A stretch of 32,000 bases of DNA, from contig NC_017039.1 in assembly GCF_000284455.1 (NCBI RefSeq), forward strand, positions 2,280,001-2,312,000, written 5' to 3'. Of the stretch, positions 21,920 to 29,202 are shown piece by piece. Origin of the DNA: Synechocystis sp. PCC 6803 substr. PCC-P (GTDB lineage: Bacteria; Cyanobacteriota; Cyanobacteriia; Cyanobacteriales; Microcystaceae). The notes under the pieces are model-generated. The model was not told the DNA's origin, made no database searches, and saw only the letters and a program-made list of their open reading frames with translations. The translations under genes and the position numbers were made by a program. Every line of letters starts with the position of its first letter. Positions within the stretch are counted from its first letter, which is position 1.

Positions 21920-22387
21920 ATGAGCAGAACGGTTGGGGAAGTGATGACCCCGAATCCCATCACAGTCAAACCAGATACCCCCCTACAGGATGCCATTCGT
22001 CTTTTGGCGGAGAATCGCATCAGTGGCATGCCGGTGCTGGATGACCAGGAAAAATTGGTGGGGGTCATTTCCGACACCGACTTGATGTGGCAGGAGTCTG
22101 GGGTGGATACGCCTCCCTATGTGATGTTGCTAGACAGTATTATTTACCTACAAAATCCCGCCCGCCACGAACGGGAATTGCACAAAGCCCTGGGACAAAC
22201 GGTGGGGGAAGTGATGAACGATGTTCCTATTAGCATTTTGCCCACCCAAACTTTACGGGAAGCGGCCCATTTGATGAATGAGAAAAAAATTCGCCGTCTG
22301 CCAGTGTTGAATGTGGAAAGTAGGCAACTGATCGGTATTTTGACCCAAGGGGATATTATCCGCGCCATGGCCCGGGGAGAAGCCTAG
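21920..22387 (+). CDS. CBS-pair domain protein
   Basis: Two CBS motifs are present: VGEVMTPNPITV...ISGMPVLD...VGVISDTDL and VGEVMNDVPISI...IRRLPVLN...IGILTQGDI. Confidence 0.85.
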   Translation: MSRTVGEVMTPNPITVKPDTPLQDAIRLLAENRISGMPVLDDQEKLVGVISDTDLMWQESGVDTPPYVMLLDSIIYLQNPARHERELHKALGQTVGEVMNDVPISILPTQTLREAAHLMNEKKIRRLPVLNVESRQLIGILTQGDIIRAMARGEA

Positions 22388-23712
22388 GTCGCTGGGTTTC
22401 CCTTGGCTCCAAAGACGAAGGTGAGGCAAAAATCCCATCCCTGGGGTTTTCGTTCCAATTGGATACTACGAATAAACTCCCGGAAGTAAAAACGGCGTTC
22501 CGTTTCCGACAGGTCTCGCCAAAATTGCGGTAGGGAAACGGCAGGAATGATGCGTTGCAATTCGTCCGGGGGCATTTGGTCCAACTGTTGTTGTAGCTGG
22601 GCCAGGTCTTGTTTCAGTTGGTACCGGCGCAGTTGATGAGTGTGGCTGTCCAGTACGCCCCGCTGTTCCCAGGTGGGTAGTTGCTCGAGTAAACTCTGTT
22701 TTTCAACGATCGCCTGTTGTAAATGCTGATACTCGGTGCCCAGGGAAGACGGGGATAACTGGGCCACAGCCAGGGGCAACTGCTGACAAATTTGCTTAAT
22801 TACCTGTTCTAACAATTGTCCATAGGCGATCGCCTGGCATTGTGGTTGTTCGGGACAATGGCGGGGCCGGAGATAAAGATAGGCCTTGCTTTGATGACGG
22901 GATGTCACATGGGCCACCACCCAGGGGGTCTGGCAACGGCCACAACTCACTAAACCAGCTAAGGAACGGGGGGCACTGGCGGTGCGGCGTGGTAGAGGAG
23001 CGTTACGGCGTAGGAGGCGGTCAATTTGGGCTGCTTCAGTGCGGCTTAATAAAGGGGCATGGGTATCGGCAATGACGGTTTGATTTTGGTAGAGCAAATC
23101 CCCCCGATACACGGGATGGCTTAACCAACGTCGTCCGGTGGCCACGGCAATTTTCTTGCCATAGGTCTGTTCCAAATAGCGGACAGAGCTCCGCAGGCAA
23201 CCAGAGAGGATAAATTTTTCAAAAAATGCTTTCACTACCGGAGCTGTCGCCCGGTCCACCACATAATGGCCAGAACTACGACGATAACCATAGGGCGCTT
23301 TACCAGGGGGAGGAGCTAAAGCTAAACGATTACGGGCGTGGCCTCGGCGGAGACTATCTTTGCGTTGTTCTTGCTCTAGGTTGGCCCACAGTTCTGACCA
23401 TTGTTGTCTGGCGATCGCCATTTCGGCCTTGCCATGGTTCTGATAATCCTGCTCTAGGGCGATGACCGTGATGCCATAATTTTCCAATTGGGTCAAAGTT
23501 TGGCTGACTTCGGCGGTGGACTGGCCCAATTCATTGAGATTTCTAACCAGACAATAATCAATGCTCTGATTTTGGCAATGCTCCAACAGTTGCCCCAGGG
23601 CTGACCTTTCCCCTAGATCCACATAAACTTGGTCCACCTCCACTCCCCAAATCTGAGGATCCGGTGCTGGTTCCAACAGGCGATCAGAATAAACGTAGGC
23701 AACAATACGCAT
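22384..23712 (-). CDS. Large-serine-recombinase-like protein with apparently degenerate catalytic residues
   Basis: A resolvase-like N-terminal domain contains LVRNLNELGQSTAEV, which aligns to the LVKKLDRLGRDTADM type. A recombinase domain follows (GKAPYGYRR...VVDRATAPVVKAFFEKF). A Cys4 zinc-ribbon-like segment comes next (SCGRC...HCPEQPQC), then a Gln/Leu-rich coiled-coil tail. Confidence 0.7.
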   Translation of the reverse strand: MRIVAYVYSDRLLEPAPDPQIWGVEVDQVYVDLGERSALGQLLEHCQNQSIDYCLVRNLNELGQSTAEVSQTLTQLENYGITVIALEQDYQNHGKAEMAIARQQWSELWANLEQEQRKDSLRRGHARNRLALAPPPGKAPYGYRRSSGHYVVDRATAPVVKAFFEKFILSGCLRSSVRYLEQTYGKKIAVATGRRWLSHPVYRGDLLYQNQTVIADTHAPLLSRTEAAQIDRLLRRNAPLPRRTASAPRSLAGLVSCGRCQTPWVVAHVTSRHQSKAYLYLRPRHCPEQPQCQAIAYGQLLEQVIKQICQQLPLAVAQLSPSSLGTEYQHLQQAIVEKQSLLEQLPTWEQRGVLDSHTHQLRRYQLKQDLAQLQQQLDQMPPDELQRIIPAVSLPQFWRDLSETERRFYFREFIRSIQLERKPQGWDFCLTFVFGAKGNPAT

Positions 23713-23732
23713 GGCGACAGGTTGTAAAAACC

Positions 23733-24056
23733 CTATAAAAACCGGTCTAGGGCTTCCTTCAACTCCGCCAACTCCTGCTCAATATTGCCTTCCGCCGCCG
23801 CCCTGGTGATGCACTCATTCATGTGGTCATCCAAAATTAATCTAGCCACCCGGTCTAATGCCCCCCGGACTGCCGCCACCTGAATTAACACCTCTGGGCA
23901 GGGACGATTTTCCTGCACCATGGTTTTCACTCCCCGAATATGGCCTTCAATGCGGGAGAGGCGATTAACTAACTTTTGTAAGGATTCTTGGCTGTGGACA
24001 TGGGGATGGGCGTGACTATGGCGGGCAGAAGGATGGGGTACGGGTTGGGAAGTCAT
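23733..24056 (-). CDS. inrS: CsoR/RcnR-family nickel-responsive repressor InrS
   Basis: Starting at the ATG at 24056 gives a 107-aa protein with a His-rich N-terminus. H21, C53, H78 and C82 fall exactly where the InrS metal ligands are reported. The CsoR-like core is LVNRLSRIEGHIRGV...CPEVLIQVAAV. Confidence 0.85.
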   Translation of the reverse strand: MTSQPVPHPSARHSHAHPHVHSQESLQKLVNRLSRIEGHIRGVKTMVQENRPCPEVLIQVAAVRGALDRVARLILDDHMNECITRAAAEGNIEQELAELKEALDRFL

Positions 24057-24174
24057 ACGTTCAATATTTGTCGATATTTGCCGATAAAACCATTGCCCAA
24101 TTAGACAATTTTTCTTGATGTTAGCGGGGGGGAGAATTTTGCGTCGCTGATGGCTTATTTTCGGGAGGACACCT

Positions 24175-24429
24175 TTAGCCCAATAGCTTATCGTAGTCTT
24201 CGTGTGTACCAATCCAAAACCACACATAGCCGTCATCGGTTTCAACCGACAATGCTCGATAATCTAAGGTGACTCGAACAGACCATAATTCTCCCACTTT
24301 TTTGAAATGGAGTGAGGGATGGCGAGGATTTTGGTTGAGTAATTGATAAGCCTTATCTGCCCGTCTCTGAATTTCTTCTGGCAGATGCCGATAACAAAAC
24401 CAGAAATCAGAGTTAGTGTGGTGGTTCAA
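24175..24429 (-). CDS. RelE/ParE-superfamily type II toxin
   Basis: The 84-aa product has the family pattern LPEEIQRRADKAYQLLNQNPRHPSLHFKKV..LWSVRV..DYRAL........WFWIGTHEDYDKL. The only available start is a TTG overlapping the upstream stop codon. Confidence 0.7.
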   Translation of the reverse strand: MNHHTNSDFWFCYRHLPEEIQRRADKAYQLLNQNPRHPSLHFKKVGELWSVRVTLDYRALSVETDDGYVWFWIGTHEDYDKLLG

Positions 24430-24626
24430 AGCACTTTTGTCCGACCAGCGTTATGGTCTGCCAATGCCTTTTCCGCTAAGGCTTTTAGCTTACCAGACTT
24501 AGAGTCTTGCTCAATTTGACGATCCCATGCATGCCAATCGTACTCGTGGAACCATACGCGGAATTTGGCGAAATCCGAGGGACTTAGCTGTTTAACTTGT
24601 CTTTCAATTTGTTCTAAGTTACTCAT
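24426..24626 (-). CDS. Type II antitoxin partnered with the downstream RelE/ParE-like toxin
   Basis: The small 66-aa acidic/basic protein (MSNLEQIERQVKQLSPSDFAKFRVWFHEYD...) sits immediately upstream of the toxin, and its stop overlaps the toxin start. The ATG at 24626 is preferred over the TTG at 24638. Confidence 0.6.
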   Translation of the reverse strand: MSNLEQIERQVKQLSPSDFAKFRVWFHEYDWHAWDRQIEQDSKSGKLKALAEKALADHNAGRTKVL

Positions 24627-24675
24627 CAAATTTATCAATACCCTAGCTAGGTTTGGCGTTACAAGATTATTCTAC

Positions 24676-26298
24676 TCAGACGTCAACTTTAGCAAAAAAA
24701 TCCAAGGCGATCGCCTCTGCTACCTTAATGCCATCAATGCCAGCGGATAAAATGCCCCCAGCGTAACCAGCCCCTTCCCCAGCAGGGTAAAGGCCAACGG
24801 TGTTAATGCTTTGGAAATCATCTCCCCGTTTAATGCGAATGGGAGAAGATGTTCTAGTTTCCACCCCAGTTAACACAGCATCATCCATGGCAAAACCCCG
24901 GATTTTTTTATCAAAAGCAGGAATGGCTTCCCGCAAAGCGGCGATCGCATAATCGGGCAAACTTTCCCCTAGGTTGACTAGTTTTACCCCCGGTTTATAG
25001 GAAGGTAGAACGAAGCCAAATTTAGTGGAAGGCCGATTGGCTAGGAAATCCCCCACCAGTTGCCCCGGTGCTTGGTAGTTTTCTCCCCCCAACTGGAAAG
25101 CCCGCTCCTCCCAAAATCTCTGCAAAGCAATGCCCGCTAAGGGATGATCTGGATAATCCACTTCCGGAGTGATGCCCACCACAATGGCGCTGTTAGCATT
25201 GGCTTCATCCCGGGCGTATTCACTCATGCCGTTGGTGACTAATCGACCTGGTTCCGAGGCGGCAGCCACCACTTTTCCCCCCGGACACATGCAAAAGCTG
25301 TAAACCGATCGCCCGTTTTGGCAATGGTGAACTAATTTATAATCGGCGGAACCAAGGCGGGGATGGCCAGCTTGCGTCCCAAAACGACATTGATCTATTA
25401 AAGATTGAGGATGCTCAATGCGAAAACCAATGGAAAAGGGTTTTGCTTCGATATAAACTCCCCGTTCAAATAACATTTTAAAAGTGTCCCTGGCACTATG
25501 TCCCACCGCTAGCACCACATGGTTAGTGGCAATATAATCGCCATTTTCTAGGGTTACTCCCTGCACTTGATTATCTTTGATATTTATGTCAGTAACATGG
25601 CTTTGAAAATGAATTTCTCCCCCCAACTCTTCTATGGTGGAGCGCAAATTTTGCACAATTTTAACGAGGCGATAGGTGCCAATGTGGGGACGATTAATAT
25701 AAAGAATTTCTGGATCGGCTCCGGCCTTAACAAATTCCTCCAACACTTTGCGACCGTAATGGTTTGGGTCCCGCACCTGACTGTAAAGTTTGCCATCGGA
25801 AAAAGTTCCTGCTCCCCCCTCCCCAAACTGCACGTTGGATTCAGCATGGAGTTTTCCTTTCACCCAAAAGCGAAATGTGTCCACACTGCGGTCCCGTACC
25901 GATTTGCCCCGCTCCAAAATAATCGGTTTCAGACCCATCTGGGCCAGTAGTAAACCGGCAAACATGCCACAGGGTCCCGTGCCAATCACAATGGGCCGTT
26001 TTCCCTCAAATTTTTGATCGGGCTTAACCTGGGCAACAAGTTTATAGGTTGTATCAGGACTGGGGATTATTTGGCGATCGCCGGCCAATTTGTTCAGTAG
26101 TTTTTGCTCTAGGGGCGTTACTACATCAACAATGTAAACCAAAAGAATTTGCCCCCGTTTGCGGGCATCATAACTACGTTTAAAAATGGTGTAACTGGTT
26201 AATTCTTTGCTGCTAACACCTAACTTTTTTAAGATAGCCTCTTCCAAAGCTATATCGTCATGGTCTAGGGGTAGTTTGATTTCACTAATGCGTAACAT
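24676..26298 (-). CDS. FAD-dependent oxidoreductase of the COG2509 type, function unknown
   Basis: It has an N-terminal ferredoxin-like region (SYTIFKRSYDARKR) and a dinucleotide-binding motif (PIVIGTGPCGMFAGLLLA ... ILERG). The C-terminus has GLYPAGEGAGYAGGI, characteristic of this uncharacterised flavoprotein family. Confidence 0.7.
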   Translation of the reverse strand: MLRISEIKLPLDHDDIALEEAILKKLGVSSKELTSYTIFKRSYDARKRGQILLVYIVDVVTPLEQKLLNKLAGDRQIIPSPDTTYKLVAQVKPDQKFEGKRPIVIGTGPCGMFAGLLLAQMGLKPIILERGKSVRDRSVDTFRFWVKGKLHAESNVQFGEGGAGTFSDGKLYSQVRDPNHYGRKVLEEFVKAGADPEILYINRPHIGTYRLVKIVQNLRSTIEELGGEIHFQSHVTDINIKDNQVQGVTLENGDYIATNHVVLAVGHSARDTFKMLFERGVYIEAKPFSIGFRIEHPQSLIDQCRFGTQAGHPRLGSADYKLVHHCQNGRSVYSFCMCPGGKVVAAASEPGRLVTNGMSEYARDEANANSAIVVGITPEVDYPDHPLAGIALQRFWEERAFQLGGENYQAPGQLVGDFLANRPSTKFGFVLPSYKPGVKLVNLGESLPDYAIAALREAIPAFDKKIRGFAMDDAVLTGVETRTSSPIRIKRGDDFQSINTVGLYPAGEGAGYAGGILSAGIDGIKVAEAIALDFFAKVDV

Positions 26299-26342
26299 TT
26301 AAGAAACTTACTGAATAGGCATTTTTTTTGAACTCAGTCTGT

Positions 26343-27197
26343 TTATGGAGAAACAACCGCATCATCGACCGCATACTTTGTGATCAATTCCTGGATACAT
26401 CCACTTTTTTTTAGTTCACTGATAAAAGACTGGAGATAGCTTAGCCCTTGGGGGCGGCCTTTTCCTGTGGCCATGGCCTGATGAATAATCATAAAAGATG
26501 TTGATAAAATCCTTAATCCACCATAGCGCTTCATGTCCGCCACCAACTGGTTGCGAATTCCTGCCCCAACTGGAAATTTGTGGGCGAGCATAAAACCTGT
26601 TACCTCGGGAGATGTCGGGGCCTGGACGAGGTGGGCATGGTGAATATTCCGATCCAAGAAAAGGTTATAAACACTGTTCTTGCCAACAACTATCTGAATG
26701 CCGGCACGATCCACATCAGCCAGGGTTAGGATTGGGGAATCTTGTCTGACGATATAAGCACCTTCAATTTGAATGTAGGGGTTGGTGTAATCTACACTTT
26801 CAGCCCGCCAAGGATCCACCCCAAAGAAGCCAATATCAGATAAATTTTTACTTACCCTTTCAAAGGAAACAGCCGCAGCTTGGACTACGGTAAATTCACT
26901 GGGAACCCCTAGCCCTTTTGCCAGTAAATGGGCAATATCAACGGAGATACCAAAAGGGCCAAAGTCATCAGCTTCGGTTGCAAGAACATAGTTGCCAGTA
27001 TTAATGGCAACCCGGAGTGTCCCTGTGGGAGTTAGCTCCCGAATGGCCGCAGTAGATGGCTGAGGCAAATTGGTTGCTTGGCAAGTCGTCGGCGCAAGGG
27101 GAGGGACAGCCTCAGCATGGGCAGAGGTTTGCCCCAAACCAAGATAGAGCGGACTGGCTAGGCCAAGGATTAGTAAACATTTCCGAAATAAATTCAT
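26343..27197 (-). CDS. Periplasmic solute-binding protein (family 3, amino-acid-type fold) with no adjacent transporter
   Basis: A signal peptide (MNLFRKCLLILGLASPLYLGLGQTSAHA) is followed by the SBP_bac_3-like segment LRVAINTGNYVL....GISVDIAHLLAKGLGV...F. No permease or ATPase gene is nearby. Confidence 0.6.
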   Translation of the reverse strand: MNLFRKCLLILGLASPLYLGLGQTSAHAEAVPPLAPTTCQATNLPQPSTAAIRELTPTGTLRVAINTGNYVLATEADDFGPFGISVDIAHLLAKGLGVPSEFTVVQAAAVSFERVSKNLSDIGFFGVDPWRAESVDYTNPYIQIEGAYIVRQDSPILTLADVDRAGIQIVVGKNSVYNLFLDRNIHHAHLVQAPTSPEVTGFMLAHKFPVGAGIRNQLVADMKRYGGLRILSTSFMIIHQAMATGKGRPQGLSYLQSFISELKKSGCIQELITKYAVDDAVVSP

Positions 27198-27238
27198 AGG
27201 CGATCACCTTGGCATAAGTGATGAGCAGCGGTGAATGT

Positions 27239-28297
27239 TTAGGGAATACGTTCAAATAAAACGATTTGATCAACACCCTGCTGTCCAGCCCAAATTTTGT
27301 CTCCAACACCGTTCATCTGTAGAGTCTGTACATTCTGTTTATTGCCAGGAAAAACCGTAAATGACATCGTCTCTGGATTAAATTGATGGATTGAATTCGT
27401 TCCAAAATCAGAACTCCAGACCCGGTCTTGGTTATCCACATAGGTCGAATAGCCCCGGGGCCCTAAGCCTGGCAGTTTATAAGAATCCCAACTCTTATTT
27501 TGGGGGTTAAAGCGCATCAAAGCCCCATTTCCCCAAGTTGTGATCCAAATATGACCTTGAGAATCAGACCAAATTCGGCGGGAGCCATTGGCCTTATCAT
27601 CCGGAATCGGAAAAACTTCCGGGAGATAGGTTTTCGTATCAATCCGAGCAATGTAATTCCCCGCCAAACTAGTGTACCAAACTTCCCCCTTGGGAGTTGC
27701 AGTCATTCCATAGGGACCAAATCCCTGGGGAGCAGGGAAAATTTTCATATCTCCAGTACTCGGATCTAAGCGTCCGTAATAGCCATTTTGAGCCGTAAAC
27801 CAGAGAATCCCCTCGCCATCGAATACTGGGGTATTTAAATTGCCGTAACCCATACTGCCGGAGAAGGGAGGGAGTTGAAAAGTCTTAACTTCATGGGTTT
27901 TGCGGTCAAACCGACGAATGGCATTGGATTCATCACAGATCCAAAGTCCTCCATCCGGGCCCATAACTACACCATGGGGATGGGAACCAGTCCCCAATGG
28001 ATAAAGTTTTACTTCGCCGGTTTTAGGATTGAGATGCCCAATGACACCAGACCATTGCCCATTAAACCAAACCGACCCATCGGGATCTGGGGCAACATCC
28101 CGGGTACCAATGCCGGGAACAGTGGGATAAATGGTAACTTTATAACGACTGGCATCATTGCCGATCGCCTCTGGTGCTGGAATCCCAGATGTTTTGTAGG
28201 TTGAGGCCGGCACGGGAGCCGCTAGGGCGGCATCAAAACTAGCAGGCCAAGAAAGAACTAGGGCAATTAGTAGGGATTTAGCTGGAAAGGGACTCAT
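27239..28297 (-). CDS. Exported beta-propeller protein, virginiamycin B lyase (Vgb)-like
   Basis: The ATG at 28297 gives a signal peptide (MSPFPAKSLLIALVLSWPASFDAALA). Blade-like units then repeat (GSVWFNGQ.., GGLWICDE.., GILWFTAQ.., GEVWYTSL.., GHIWITTW.., DRVWSSDF.., DKIWAGQQ). I recall this gene annotated as a Vgb homologue (sll0173). Confidence 0.65.
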   Translation of the reverse strand: MSPFPAKSLLIALVLSWPASFDAALAAPVPASTYKTSGIPAPEAIGNDASRYKVTIYPTVPGIGTRDVAPDPDGSVWFNGQWSGVIGHLNPKTGEVKLYPLGTGSHPHGVVMGPDGGLWICDESNAIRRFDRKTHEVKTFQLPPFSGSMGYGNLNTPVFDGEGILWFTAQNGYYGRLDPSTGDMKIFPAPQGFGPYGMTATPKGEVWYTSLAGNYIARIDTKTYLPEVFPIPDDKANGSRRIWSDSQGHIWITTWGNGALMRFNPQNKSWDSYKLPGLGPRGYSTYVDNQDRVWSSDFGTNSIHQFNPETMSFTVFPGNKQNVQTLQMNGVGDKIWAGQQGVDQIVLFERIP

Positions 28298-28358
28298 GGC
28301 AGTTATCTCAGTTACTGTAATGGTTGTTATGAACGATGGGCGGGAAACGATGGGCAAA

Positions 28359-28817
28359 CTAACCGCAGCCAATGGCTTCTAGGTCGTAGGTAAACCCTTT
28401 GGACTGGGGATAAAGGCGATAATTTTCCAGAATCTTGACATTAAACACATCCAGAACTTTCCCAGGCTGATTAACTTGTAACGGCCCCCAGACAATTGGA
28501 TTGGTGGAGTCTGGGACGAAAATTGGGGCACCGGACTCAAAAATGGTGTCGTCTGAATATCGAGCAATTAACTGGGTTGGATAACTAGCCCCATCGGTTG
28601 TCACAGGGGTGAGCTTGATCGTAACGGTAGATATTGGGCGAGTAATCAGAAAATAGGTGTTGCCATGGGAGCTAAAACCAAGCTCAGGGCCGATGGTCAC
28701 TCGAACGGTGTTGCCCGCAGTGGAAGATACCTGGGGAGGAAGTGGTGCACAGGTTTCGGCGGCGGCTGTACCAGCAAATAATACAGCGCAGATCATAAAA
28801 ATTAAATTAATTTTCAT
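28359..28817 (-). CDS. Exported protein of unknown function, first gene of the minus-strand run
   Basis: A signal peptide (MKINLIFMICAVLFAGTAAA) is followed by a beta-rich mature part bracketed by Cys residues near both ends (ETCAP ... AIGCG). I recognise no family. Confidence 0.5.
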   Translation of the reverse strand: MKINLIFMICAVLFAGTAAAETCAPLPPQVSSTAGNTVRVTIGPELGFSSHGNTYFLITRPISTVTIKLTPVTTDGASYPTQLIARYSDDTIFESGAPIFVPDSTNPIVWGPLQVNQPGKVLDVFNVKILENYRLYPQSKGFTYDLEAIGCG

Positions 28818-28934
28818 TGAAAGAAATAATGTACCTTAAATTGACGTGAGTTCGAGATTAGGACTTACTGAAAGCCTTGTCTTTAATCAAGGTTTTCCTC
28901 TCAGAACGTGTTTGAAAAGCGCAAGACTAGGTAT

Positions 28935-29012
28935 TTATCCCCCTAAATCCCACTTAAAAAGGGGGACCTTTGTCACAGTTCCCCCCTTTCCAAGAGGGGC
29001 TAGGGGGGATTA
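28935..29012. repeat. MITE-like small palindromic element made of two G/C-run hairpins
   Basis: A C5 run (28939-28943) can pair with a G5 run (28961-28965). A C6 run (28981-28986) can pair with a G6 run (29003-29008). The motif GGGGCTAGGGG recurs at 30449-30460. Confidence 0.5.
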
Positions 29013-29202
29013 AACAGCCAAAACTCAACTTTTTAAACGCTTTCTCGGGGCAACCGAAATAGAGCCAGCAAATCCCAACATTGTCAATTTTATTCGTACA
29101 CGCTCCCACCATGGGTTCAAGGCGAACTAAATAAATTTAGGGATCAAACAAAGTCTTTGATTTACTGAGCTTTCTCATTTTTAGCCTTACCCAAAACTCA
29201 GG

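Noticed and set aside
22384-23712. Reading the recombinase-like gene as the integrase of an integrated mobile element or prophage.
   Set aside because: There are no phage, IS or cargo genes on either side, and no flanking direct or inverted repeats that I could find. HIP1 sites occur within the gene as in core DNA. The catalytic residues appear substituted.
23733-24245. The extended 170-aa version of the CsoR-family ORF, starting at 24245.
   Set aside because: The extra 63 residues overlap the toxin gene's 3' end and are Lys/Ile/Trp-rich, unlike the family. Starting at the ATG at 24056 puts H21, C53, H78 and C82 exactly at the reported InrS ligand positions.
28845-28865. T-loop-like strings resembling tRNA (GAGTTCGAGATT at about 28848 and GGGTTCAAGGC at about 29112).
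   Set aside because: No matching T-stem complement, acceptor stem or anticodon arm can be drawn around either string. I found no tRNA elsewhere in the window.
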